Shown: positions 23,695 to 35,200 of the stretch, in pieces
How positions within the stretch are numbered: the stretch's first letter is position 1
How the letters are laid out: each line of letters starts with the position of its first letter
Assembly (NCBI GenBank): GCA_043228905.1
Contig: JBHGNT010000015.1
Location: 9,424,001 to 9,488,000 of the forward strand
From: Azolla caroliniana
Taxonomy: Eukaryota; Plantae; Polypodiophyta
Length of the DNA stretch: 64,000 nt
Direction of reading: 5' to 3'
Notes under the pieces: generated by a model
Databases searched by the model: none
Told to the model about the DNA's origin: nothing
Seen by the model: the letters and a program-made list of their open reading frames with translations, nothing else
Translations under genes and position numbers: made by a program

Positions 23695-25827
23695 TCAGAT
23701 TGCGTCCTTATCCGGTTCTGTTTCAGTCTCTTTGGACTGCGGTAAGTATGGTGCTACGGCTTCGGCAATGTCAATTTCGAAGAGGGGTACGATCTTCGAG
23801 TTTTCCTGCAAGTACTGAGCTTCTTCTTCGTCAGCTAACCCTTCTAGCATGTTGACGCACTCTGCATACAACGGTGTACATTCCTTGCTAGTGCTCGTCC
23901 TTGGCTGTGGTGGTACACGTACCTTGGCTTTTCCTCGCCGGAAGGTAATTATATTTTTCCTCCAATTCTGTTTGATATGTGCCGTTTTCAACCACGGCCG
24001 CCCCAGCAATAGCGGGTACGCGCCTTGTGCCTGTAATTGTAGCACTACTGCCGAGATGTGAAATGTATGACCGCCAACGGTGACTTCTAATTTTCGTATT
24101 AATCCTGTCGGCCGCACTGAGCTTGTATCGGCCATCCGTAACCAGAACGGACACGGCTCACACTCGTGGATTCCCAAGGCATCACATGTTCGGAGGCTTA
24201 TTACATTCACACCGGAGCCTCCGTCTATTACTGTGCCAGGGAGTTCTTTTCCTTTTACAATGGAAGTAATTACCGGACTGTTGGTGTCCACCACCGTTGG
24301 TCCCTCCTCTGGATTCGAGAAGAGTACCGGTGCCGGTGATGTTTTTCCTTCCGTCATGGCTGTCTTCAGTCCTTCCGTGAATCTCGGCACGAGCTGTAGG
24401 AGTCTTCCTAGTGGCAGCGTAATCTGGCATTCTTGCAACGCCTGCCATGTCTCATTCTCAGAGTGACTGCTGCCGGCAAACCCTACGGTGTTCTCCTTTT
24501 GCCGCTCTAAGTCTGTTACGTTTTGCTCGTTTGCTTTCTTCACCCATTCCGTCGCTTGCTTCCGGATGGTCTCCTGCGTCTCCCATTCCTTGGCCATGCC
24601 CTTCGACCTTGTGGTCACCTGCTGCAGATCTGCCACTTCAGGGACTACCATATTTACTGCCGGTCGTTTGTCATAGCTCTTCGCCGGGCATTGATTACTA
24701 TAATGGCCTTCCTGTCGGCAGTAGTAGCAGTAGGCTTTCCGGGTATTGTTGGATTCGGCATTGTCTGTTGTACCCGAGGCAGGTCCCGTGGTAAGCGTGG
24801 GGTTTTGGGCCGGTCTGCTCCTTGAAGCTCCTTGTTCCGGATCCCGTGGGTGGCCGCCTTTTTTGAAATGCCGTTTTTTGTTATAGTTCTTCTTATTGTG
24901 GTACTCTTGATGAGGTTGATCGTTATATCTGCCGTATTCCTCCCGTTGCTGCCGATACCCGGGGGAGTGCTCCCGGTCGTAATGTTCGTATCGTCTATTG
25001 TAATCTTGGTACCGATCATCTTTATCGTACCGGTCGTAGTTATCCCGCCGATCACTGTACCGGACATCATTCTCCCGTCGATCGCCATACCGGACATCCT
25101 GTGCCGGTCGGTATCGGTCCATTCGCCGCCAACGTTCCTCTTCTTCATCCCGGCTGCTGCGTGGCTCTATTTGTCGGACGGGCGGTGCTTGCTGGTTCAA
25201 TAGATTATACTCGCACCTATCCATCGTATGGCCCTTGGATTGACAGATTACACATTGCGTCCTCATAGTGCATTCTAGTGCCGAGTGTCCGGAATTCAAG
25301 CAGGTTGTGCATTGTATTGCTTGCCGAAACCGGAGGTCTTCATCGGACGGTAACGCCCGTTGGAGTGCTCCCAGTGTGAGCCAGGAGCTTGTCTTTTCCA
25401 TCTCTCTCACCCGGTCAATGACCTGGTCGATGGTACTTGTGCGGAAGTCAGTTACCTGGCAAACTGTGCGTAGGGGTTCCCGGAGCGCATTTAGGAATAT
25501 AGTCCGTAATTCCTCCTCCGGGGGTGCGCGGGCAAGCTGACTATGCATCCGTTGAAACCAGATGAAAAACTGGGGAATGCTCTCCCCTTCCTCCTGTCGG
25601 ATGGTATAAAACAAGCCCACCATTACTGTCTGGTCCACCTCCTTTTGGAAAAAATGCAAGAATTTAGCTTTTAAATATGCGAAGGTGGTGATGGTAGACG
25701 GGTCCTGCGTCCGGCGCCATCTTGCTGCCGGTCCCTCCAATGTGACGCCAAATTCCGCTATCTTAGAGCGTTCCTCTTCCTCCGGGGTCAATCGCTGGGA
25801 CACATGGTCTGCTTCCCATGTCTGTTG
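23695..25827 (-). CDS. G2 gag C-terminal part plus protease (open frame; N-terminus displaced by the C2 insertion)
   Basis: CCHC knuckles (CTTCLNSGHSALEC, CVICQSKGHTMDRC, CYYCRQEGHYSNQC); protease VIDGGSGVNVI...LLLGRPWL. Confidence 0.9.
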   Translation of the reverse strand, partial: QQTWEADHVSQRLTPEEEERSKIAEFGVTLEGPAARWRRTQDPSTITTFAYLKAKFLHFFQKEVDQTVMVGLFYTIRQEEGESIPQFFIWFQRMHSQLARAPPEEELRTIFLNALREPLRTVCQVTDFRTSTIDQVIDRVREMEKTSSWLTLGALQRALPSDEDLRFRQAIQCTTCLNSGHSALECTMRTQCVICQSKGHTMDRCEYNLLNQQAPPVRQIEPRSSRDEEEERWRRMDRYRPAQDVRYGDRRENDVRYSDRRDNYDRYDKDDRYQDYNRRYEHYDREHSPGYRQQREEYGRYNDQPHQEYHNKKNYNKKRHFKKGGHPRDPEQGASRSRPAQNPTLTTGPASGTTDNAESNNTRKAYCYYCRQEGHYSNQCPAKSYDKRPAVNMVVPEVADLQQVTTRSKGMAKEWETQETIRKQATEWVKKANEQNVTDLERQKENTVGFAGSSHSENETWQALQECQITLPLGRLLQLVPRFTEGLKTAMTEGKTSPAPVLFSNPEEGPTVVDTNSPVITSIVKGKELPGTVIDGGSGVNVISLRTCDALGIHECEPCPFWLRMADTSSVRPTGLIRKLEVTVGGHTFHISAVVLQLQAQGAYPLLLGRPWLKTAHIKQNWRKNIITFRRGKAKVRVPPQPRTSTSKECTPLYAECVNMLEGLADEEEAQYLQENSKIVPLFEIDIAEAVAPYLPQSKETETEPDKDAI

Positions 25828-26293
25828 TGACGGGAACCTAACGTTCCTTATGCGCAATGCTCGGCCACAACCGAGATTCTATTCATACACAGAAAAACGG
25901 GAAATACAACACGATACAAAGGAGAGGAAGATACACACACACACTACACAGGAGGTTAACGTGGAAAACCCCAAACTGGAGGAAAAACCACGGCAGCCCA
26001 CAGGCTGCAAACTGTCACTATGTATGAATGTACAAAACAATGAGTTCTCGGAGGCAACGACCTCGGACTCACGCTCTTCGCCACAGGCGGCGGTTACAAC
26101 AGAGGCAACGACCTCGTTCTCTCTCTCTCTCTCTCTGTACAGTTACGCGCTCTCTCTTCTTCTTGCACCAACAAGGAAGAATAACGACCACATAATATTA
26201 GTTTGCCCTAAGTCATATTTATACTAATATGACTTTTCAGCTATTTACAAATATAGCCACAATGGGCTCTCAGAAACATATTTACGAATATGT

Positions 26294-26627
26294 CTCTTCC
26301 TCCGGTTCATACCGGGCCTGCACCATCCGGCTCTCCGTAGCCGAGTACTCCTCATCCGGTTCATACCGGGCCTGCACCATCCGGCTCTCCGTAGCCGGGT
26401 ACTCCTCATCCGGTTCATACCGGGCCTGCACCATCCGGCTCTCCGTAGCCGAGTACTCCTCATCCGGTTCATATCGGGCCTGCACCATCTGGCTCTCCGT
26501 AGCCGAGTACTCCTCATCCGGTTCATACCGGGCCTGCACCATCCGGCTCTCCGTAGCTGAGTACTCCTCATCCGGTTCACACCGGGTCTGTATCATCCGG
26601 CTCTCCGTAGCCGGGTACTCCTCATAC
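26294..26627. repeat. 54-bp tandem array (~6 units) in the C2 3' LTR
   Basis: Unit CTCCTCATCCGGTTCATACCGGGCCTGCACCATCCGGCTCTCCGTAGCCGAGTA. Confidence 0.95.
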
Positions 26628-26696
26628 CGTTCCGGCCGAGGCATTGTTCTTCTCCCTTCCCATCCGGAGGGACCTGTCTCCCAACAAACTCCCCCT

Positions 26697-29600
26697 TCAC
26701 TCCGGCATGGGGTGTCTTACCAGTTCGATTCTCTTCCGGCATGCATCGAGCTTGTCGGGTGTCCGCACTTTGGTCAGCATATCTGACCCGTTCTCGGCCG
26801 TGTGGATCTTCGTCAGTGCGAACTCCTGGTCATCTACTCTTTCCCGGATCCAGTGATACCTCCGCTGGATATGCTTCGTCTGGGAATGGTAGGCCGCATT
26901 CTTAGCAAGGTGGATGGCACTTTGACTGTCGCAATAGAGTCGGTATTCCTCTTGCCGGATACCGAGCTCTCCGATGAAGTCCTTCATCCATAATATTTCC
27001 TTGCCGGCTTCCACAGCCGCCATGTACTCCGCCTCTGTGGTTGACAATGCAACCGTCTTCTGCATCCTCGACTGCCACGAAACAGCTCCCCCTGCATATG
27101 TCATTACATACTCGGATGTAGACCGGTTGGTATTCACATCAGCCGACATGTCCGAATCGTTAAAACCGTCCAGTTGAGGTTTTCCGGAGCCGAATCGGAG
27201 ACACATATTTGAAGTGCCCTTCAAGTACCAGAGTATCCATTTGACTGCGTTCCAGTGCTCCTTGCCGGGATTACTCATGAACCGGCTCACCACTCCGACT
27301 GCGTATCCTATATCCGGTCGGGTACACGCCATAGCGTACATCAAGCTCCCGACGGCAGAGGCATATGGAATCTTCATCATATCCGCCTTCTCTGCTTTCG
27401 TCTTCGGGCTTTGCTTGCCGGATAGCCTGCAGTTTGCTGGAAGTGTCGATCCGACCGGTTTCGCTTCTGACATGTTGAACCGGTGAATCACCTTTGTCAC
27501 GTACTTCTCCTGTGACAGCCATAATTGCTTCACTGACCGGTCCCGAATGATGTGCATCCCCAACATCTGTCTTGCCGGACCCAAGTCTTTCATTGAGAAG
27601 GTCCGGTTGAGAGCCTTCTTCAGCATCCGTATTTTTACTTGGTCTCGTCCGACGATCAACATGTCATCCACGTACAGGAGGAGTATTAGGAAGTCTCCTC
27701 CTTCGAACTTCTTCACAAACACGCAGTGATCGGCCTGCGTCTTGTGGTACCCTTGGTCGGTCATGAAGGAGTTGAACTTCCGGTACCATTGCCGGGGAGC
27801 CTGCTTCAGTCCGTACAGGCTCTTCTTCAACCGGCATACCAGGTGCTCCTTCCCTTTCTCCACAAACCCTTCCGGTTGCTGCATGTAGATCTCCTCTTCG
27901 AGGTCGCCGTGAAGGAATGTCGTCTTCACGTCCAGCTGCTCTACCTCGAGGTCCATGCTTGCTGCTATACTCAGCACTGTCTGGATGGAGGTCATCTTTA
28001 CTACCGGGGCAAATATCTCGTCGAAGTCCACACCCTTCTTCTGCTGGAACCCCTTCACCACGATCCTAGCTTTGTATCTCGGGGGGTTGCCGGCATCTCC
28101 TGGTTTCAACTTGTACACCCACTTGTTTCGGAGTGCCCGCTTTCCTTTCGGCATCTCCACCAATTCGTATGTATGGTTCTCATGCAGGGAATCCATCTCA
28201 TCCTGCATGGCACTTAACCATTTTCGGCTGTGGGTGTCTTCCTTCGCTTCTTCGAAGCTTTCCGGCTCCCCCTCATCGGTCAGCAGGACATGCTCTGCAT
28301 CCGGAAATCTCCGGGGCGCCCTTCTCTCTCTGAGAGGATATCTATGTCTTCGGGCTTGGGTAACCGGCTCCTCCATTTGCTCTTCATCCGAATCCGATTC
28401 AGAGTCTTGGCCGGTTCCGGTCTCACCTTCCTCTACCTCTTCATCTGCCGGTTCGGTATCCTCACCGTAACCGGCTGGTTCCTCGAGTGCTAACCGGTCT
28501 CCTGCCGGTTGGGTCTGCTCATCGTAGAGTCTATCCTTACCGGTCGACTCGGAGTTCATTATCTTCTTCTCCGACTCCCAGTCGGCGAGCGTCTTGTCCT
28601 CCATGAAGATAATATCTCGACTCCGGAATACCTTCTTGTCGACCGGGTCCCACACTCGGTAGCCGAACTCATCGTCACCGTAACCGAGGAATATGCATGC
28701 TTTCCTCTCCGGTCCTTAGCTACATACACGTACACGAGACACCCGAACACCTTTAGATGCCGGTAGGACACTTCCTTACCGGTCCACACTCTCTGTGGCG
28801 TGTCTCCGTCCAAGGGTACTGAGGGTGATCTGTTTATCACGTATGTCGCCGTCGACAGTGCCTCAGCCCAAAACTTCTTGGGTAGTTTTGCATGCGCTAG
28901 CATACTCCGGACCCTCTCCATTATGGTCCGGTTCATCCTCTCAGCCAGTCCGTTTAGTTCCGGCGTCTTCGGCACGGTAAATTCGAGCCGGATTCCCTTC
29001 GAGCGGCAGTACTCCGCGAACTGCCCTTGGTACTCTCCTACGTTATCTGCTCGAACCGCCTTCAGCTTCCGGCCGGTTTCTCTTTCCACTCTCGCGTGGA
29101 GCTCTTTGAAGACGGATAACACCTGATCCTTCGTCTTCAACGGTGTGGCCCACTGCTTCCGGCTGTGGTCATCTATGAACGTCACGAAGTACTGCGCTCC
29201 GGCATGTGACTTCGTGTCTACTTGACACACATCCGTATGCGCAAACTCCAGTGGTGCATTACGTCTCATCGGTGGCCTTGGTCGGAAGGAGGTCCGGTTC
29301 TACTTACCAGCCAGACAATCAGTGCACTTCTCTAAGTGCACGTTCTTCACTGGAATGAGGTTGTCTTCTGCAAGCCTCTTCATCCCCTTCTCGCTCATAT
29401 GACACAGTCTCTTGTGCCACAACTCACCGGCAGTGTCGGATGCCACGTTCACTTCTTCCGGACATAACCGGGCATTCATCAGGTACAGTGTGTTTACCTT
29501 CCGGGCCCGAGCCACAATCAGGCTCCCTTTGCTAAACTTCATGACACCGTTTCGGATGCTACCCGTGTAGCCTTCATCATCTAGCCGACCGGCTGATATC

Positions 29601-30739
29601 AGGTTCAGACGAACCTCCGGAACGTGTCGGACATCCTTCAGCAGCAACTTGCATCCGGTTGGTGTTGTCAGCCACACGTCTCCTATACCGACAATTCAAC
29701 ATGTTCCTTCATTCCCCATCCGGACACAGCCGTGGTCACCGGCTGAGTAGGATGCGAAGCATTTCCGGTCCAGGGTAAGGTGGAACGACGCTCCGGAGTC
29801 TACCACCCAGGTCATCTCGTCGCTGGCAAGGTTTATCTCACTCTCCTCGGTGATGAGCATCAACTCCTCTTCATTTGCCGCGATTGCCGTCGTTCCCTTC
29901 CAGTCCGCCCCCCTCCGGTCTTTACCGTTTCGGTCTTTACCGTTCCGGTCCGGGGTTTGCTTCGAATCGGTACCGTCGGTTTCCTTGTCTTTACGGAAAT
30001 GCCGACAGTTCTTTTGGAAGTGTCCCGGCTTGCCGCAATAGAAGCAAGTAGGCCTCCCCCTTGACTTTGACCGTGTCCCCGACTTCTCCCGGTTCTAGGG
30101 ACTACGGTTTCTATGTCTTCCGCGTTCTGATTCGGTAAGAAGCGCTTTGGAGTCGGAGCTCGTATCTTTGTCTTTCCGACGCGCCTCCTCATCTAGCAAG
30201 CTCGACTTTACTCTTGCTAGGGATAACCGTTTTCCTTCCATCCCGGCGTTGCCCAAAGTGACAACCAACGTCTCCCAACTATCCGGGAGGGAACCGAGCA
30301 GGAGTAGCTCTAGTACCTCATCGGCAAGAGGTACTTCCAACGACGTTGCCTGGTGTATCAGCCCCTGGAAGGCATTCATATGCTCTGCCATGCTGGAACC
30401 ATCTTGGTACTGGAGTCTTACTAGCTTCCGGAATACCGAAACCTGGTTAACAACATTTTTGTTTTGGAACATTATGCCGATCTTCTCCCAGAGGTCATGA
30501 GCCTTGCTCTCTTCATTGAAGTTGTTGTACAGGCTCATGTCGATGAAGCACCGTATGTACGTCGTTGTTTTCATGTGCATCACCTCCCATATCGCGGCGT
30601 CGATTTTGTCCGGTCTCTTGTCCCCGAACTGAACCGGCAGCCAGAGGTCTTTAACAACGAGCATGTCCCTCATCTTCGACTTTCATACTGAATAGTTGGA
30701 GCCGGTGAGCTTGAACATGCCGCCAAATGATTCGTCCAT
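26697..30739 (-). pseudogene. C2 gag-pol polyprotein, disrupted
   Basis: Gag (LLLLGSLPDSWETLV), CFYCGKPGHFQKNC, WVVDSGASFH, integrase (VRADNVGEY, PELNGLAERMNRT), open 652-aa RT-RH (LYVDDML, NGSDMLTKV); stops at 30683, 30095 and 29300, plus a deletion/frameshift near 28.7 kb. Confidence 0.94.
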
Positions 30740-31233
30740 TTTCTGTGTCGATTTCACTCTGATACCACTTGATGGGAACCTAACGTTCCTTATGCGCAAT
30801 GCTCGGCCACAACCGAGATTCTTTTCATACACAGAAAAACGGGAAATACAACACGATACAAAGGAGAGGAAGATACACACACACTACACAGGAGGTTAAC
30901 ATGGAAAACCCCAAACTGGAGGAAAAACCACGGCAGCCCACAGGCTGCAAACTATCACTATGTATGAATGTACAAAATAGTGAGTTCTCGGAGGCAACGA
31001 CCTCGGACTCATGCTCTTCGCCACAGGCGGCGGTTACAACAGAGGCAACAACCTCGTTCTCTCTCTCTCTCTCTCTGTACAGTTACGCGCTCTCTCTTCT
31101 TCTTCCACCAGCAAGGAAGAATAACGACCACATAATATTAGTTTGCCCTAAGTCATATTTATACTAATATGACTTTTCGGCTATTTACAAATATAGCCAC
31201 AATGGGCTCTCAGAAACATATTTACGAATATGT

Positions 31234-31459
31234 CTCTTCCTCCGGTTCATACTGGGCCTGCACCATCCGGCTCTCCGTAGCCGAGTACTCCTCATCTGGT
31301 TCATACCGGGCCTGCACCATCCGGCTCTCCGTAGCCAGGTACTCCTCATCCGGTTCATACCGGGCCTGCACCATCCGGCTCTCCGTAGCCGAGTACTCCT
31401 CATCCGGTTCACACCGGGTCTGTATCATCCGGCTCTCCGTAGTCGGGTACTCCTCATAC
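31234..31459. repeat. 54-bp tandem array (~4 units) in the C2 5' LTR
   Basis: Same unit as the 3' LTR array, two fewer copies. Confidence 0.95.
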
Positions 31460-31501
31460 CGTTCTTCTCCCTTCCCATCCGGAGGGACCTGTCTCCCAAC
31501 A

Positions 31502-32160
31502 TGTTCAAAGGCGTGAACATGAGCTTCCGCGTCCGAATCATCTCTATACTTGGAGTACTGGAACGGCATGTCGTCGTCCAGTATCGGTGCACGGGCTAGT
31601 GGTGTTGGTGGTCGTTCCTGGTTTTTCTCCAGCGTCGGTGGTCTTTCCTGATTTGTCTCCGGCGTCGGTGGTCTTTCCTCTTTTTTTGGTGGCGGAGGCC
31701 TCTCCTCCTCGACTTCCGGTTTCGGAGGTCGCTCTTCCTCTGCTTCTGGTTCCGGAGGTTCCAACCTTAGCACTTCCGGTTCCGGTGTCGATAAGGTGTC
31801 TGATCCTTCGTCCTCCGGTCCGCCCGGGGTTTCGTTGCTGCTACGGTAGTTCGTGTGCACGCTGTATTCCCCTTTGGAATCCGATTCATACGCTGAAAAG
31901 GCTTCTGCTTCGCCTTTTCTACTTGCCAACGCCTGGAGAAGGGATTCGGTTTCCCGGAGGCTACTTAGGCTGCTGCCGTCGTCCGGGTGCGATGTTTGCT
32001 GTAACCAGAGGGATTCCTCCGCTACTCTCCGGATTATGTTGGAAAATGAGCGATCCGCTCTAATTTCCTGCGCCGCTTGCTGGAAAGCCTCACGTCTCCT
32101 TTGCCTTTCAGCAAGGCGTCGAGTTCGATCTGTAACCAGGTCGTGCGTTGATCTAGTCAT
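31502..32160 (-). CDS. G2 gag N-terminal part
   Basis: ATG at 32160, ~35 nt after the PBS; Pro/Glu-rich EEERPP repeats; YSKYRDDSDAEAHVHAF gag motif, also seen in the sibling at ~47.5 kb. Confidence 0.85.
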
Positions 32161-32246
32161 CCATTCGTGCCGTCGATCGTTGCAAAAACAGGAATCGTGG
32201 TCGCCAAAAACTGTGTTAACTCTTAGAGCCGGACAATGGCCTAACA

Positions 32247-35200
32247 GATGCTTGCATGATCGAGGGAGATAAAGAGTGCGAGGTAGACGTGATTGAGGAG
32301 GTCGCCACCAAAGATGACATCGAATCGGAGGTGGCTATGGACGAGTCAATGGCGGATGGACGAGTCAAGCAGGCACACTACCACAAACGACAAGGGCCAA
32401 GCGGATTTGAAGGGTGTTACCGAGGATGAGATCTCGACAAAGAAGGAGGGCTTTGTTAGGATTTTGGTCCCTCCGGATGGGATATGAGTACTCGGCAATG
32501 GAAGACCCGGTGAGAACCAGATGATGAGTACCTGACAACGGAAGACTTGGTGAGAACCGGCTGATGAGTACCTGACAAGGAAGACCCGGTGAGAACCGGA
32601 TGACGTAGGCCCGGTGAGAACCTCTCACCGGATGAAGGGACATATATGTAAATATGTCTCTGTTAGCCCATTGTGGCTACATTTGTAAATAGCCTGAAAG
32701 TCATATTAGTATAAATATGACCTAGGCAAACAGAGTATGATGATATATAGAGTTATTGGTGTAACTACTGTACATAGTGTAACAGAGAGAGAGAGAGAGA
32801 ACATATTGTGTACTCTCTTTTCAGTTTTTGTGTATACGCGTATCTATCTCTACATTCCCATTTCTGTGATTGTAATTCTCAACTAAGTGATCGAAGACTC
32901 GGTTGTGGCCGAGCATTATTCCGCATATTCTTTACAATCTGGTATTAGAGCAAAATGACACAGAAAATGGAAGATCCATTTGGCGGCATGTTCAAGCTCA
33001 TCGGCTCCAACTACTTAGTGTGGAAGTCGAAGATGAGGGACATGCTCGTGGTTAAAGATCTTTGGTTGCTGGTTCAGTTCGGGGACAAGAGACCGGACAA
33101 GATTGATGCCACGATATGGGAGGTGATGCACATGAAGACAACAACGTACATACGGTGCTTCATCGACATGAGCCTGTACAACAACTTTAATGAGGAGAGT
33201 AAGGCTCGTGAGCTATGGGAGAAGATCGGCATTATGTTCTAGAACAAGAATGCCGTTAATTGGGTTTCGGTATTCTGGAAGCTAGTGCAGCTCCGGTACC
33301 AAGATGGCTCCAACATGGCGGAGCACATGAATGCCTTCCAGGGGCTGATTCACTAGGCAACATCGTTGGAAGTACCTCTCGCCAATGAGGTACTAGCATT
33401 ACTCCTGCTCGGTTCCCTCCCGGATAGCTGGGAGACGTTAGTTGTCACTTTGGGCAACGCCGGGCTGGAAGGAAAACAACTATCCCTAGCAAGAGTCAAG
33501 TCGAGCTTGCTAGATGAGGAGGCGCGTCGGAAAGACAAAGAGGTGATCTCTGACCCCAAAGTGCTCCTTATCGAATCAGAACGCGAAAGACAAAGGAACC
33601 GTAGTCCCTAGAACCGGGAAAAGTCAGGGACACGGTCAAAGTCAAGGGGGAGGCCTACTTGCTTCTATTGCGACAAGACGGGACACTTCCAAAAGAACTG
33701 TCGGCATTTCCGGAAAGGCAAGGAAACCGACAGTACCGATTCGAAGCGGTCACCGGACTGGAATGGTAAAGACCGGAGGGGACCGGACTGGAAGGGAATG
33801 ACGGCAATCGCGGCAAGTGAAGAAGAGTTGATGCTCATCACTGAGGAGAGTGAGTTAAACCTTGCCGGCGACGAGACAACGTGGGTTGTCGATTCCGGAG
33901 CGTCGTTCCACCTGACCCCGGACCGGAAATGCTTCTCATCCTACACAACCGGTGAGCACGGTTGTGTCCGGATGGGGAATGAAGGTACATGCCGAATTAT
34001 CGGCATAGGAGACGTGTGGTTGACAACACCAACTGGATGCAAGATGTTGCTAAAGGATGTCTGACATGTTTCGGAGGTTCGACTGAACCTAATATCAGCC
34101 GGTCGGCTAGACAATGAAGGCTACAAGGTTAGCATCCGGAACGGAGACATGAAGTTCAACAAAGGGAGCCTAATAGTGGCTCGGGCCCGAAATGTTAACA
34201 CTCTGAACCTAATGAATGCCCAGTTATGCCGGGAAGAAGTGAACGTTGCATCCAACATTGCCGGTGAGCTGTGGCACAAGAGACTGTGTCACAAGAGCGA
34301 GAAGGGGATGAAGAGGGTTGCCGATGACAACCTCATTCCGGTGAAAGACGTGCATCTTGAGAAGTGCACCGACTGCCTGGACGGTAAGCAAAACCGGACC
34401 TCCTTTTGCTCAAGGCCACCGATGAGACGTAATGCACCACTGGAACTGGTGCATACCGATGTGTGTCAAGTGGACACGAAGTCACATGCCGGATCACAGT
34501 ACTTCGTGACGTTCATAGACGACCACAGCTGGAAGCTGTGGGCCACACCATTGAAGACGAAGGATCAAGTGTTATTCGTCTTCAAGGAGCTCAATGCAAG
34601 AGTGGAAAGAGAAACCGGCCGGAAGCTGAAGGCGGTTCGAGCAGATAACGGAGGCGAATACCGGGGGCAGTTTGAGGAGTACTGCCTCTCGAAGGGAATC
34701 CGGCTCGAATTTACTGTGCCAAAGACGCCAGAACTAAATGGGCTTCCTGAGAGGATGAACCAGACCATAATGGAGAGGGTCCGGAGTATGCTTAGCATGA
34801 TAAATAGACCACCCTTAGTGCCCTTGGACGAGACACGCCGCAGAGAGTGTGGACTGGTAAGGAAGTGTCTTACCGGCATCTGAAGGTGTTCAGTTGTCTC
34901 GTTTACGTGCATGTTGCAAAGGACTGGAGAGCAAAGTTGGATCCAAAGTGTTGGCCTTGCATATTCTTGGAATACAACGATGATGAGTTCGGTTACCGAG
35001 TGTGGGACCCCGTTGACAAGAAGGTGTTCCGGAGTCGAGATATTATCTTCATGGAGGAAAAGACTCTTGCTGACTGTGAGTCGAACGGAAAGGACCGATT
35101 CAATGAGATGCAAACCCAACCGTCAATGAGCTGGTAAACACTCGAAGAACCGGCCGGTTATGGAGAGGACACCGAACTGGCAGAAGAAGAAGAGGAAGCA

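Larger units (their letters stand above)
25828..31501 (-). mobile_element. Full-length Ty1/copia (C2, Tnt1/Tork-like) nested in G2 gag
   Basis: LTRs 30770-31501 and 25828-26686; TSD TGTTG/TGTTC (4/5); PBS TGGTATCAGAGTG at 30755-30767; PPT GAAGGGGGAGTT; removing it restores gag HAFEQTWEA. Confidence 0.96.
17061..32246 (-). mobile_element. Ty3/gypsy non-chromovirus-type element G2 with an extra 3' ORF and only 33-bp terminal direct repeats; hosts C2
   Basis: TSD GATGC at 17056-17060 and 32247-32251; terminal repeats 17061-17093 and 32214-32246 (31/33 identical); PBS-like TGGCGACCACG at 32196-32206; order gag-PR-RT-RH-INT, no chromodomain. Confidence 0.92.

Noticed and set aside
26294-26627. 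Regular repeat array resembling CRISPR
   Set aside because: Units are contiguous 54-bp copies with no unique spacers, lie inside an LTR, and there are no cas genes; the context is eukaryotic.
17061-32246. DIRS/tyrosine-recombinase explanation for the odd G2 termini
   Set aside because: G2 encodes a DDE integrase with an HHCC finger and has a 5-bp TSD; no tyrosine recombinase is visible.
17479-32272. Many 60-190-aa plus-strand ORFs opposite G2 and C2
   Set aside because: Antisense shadows of GC-rich coding sequence with no recognisable motifs.
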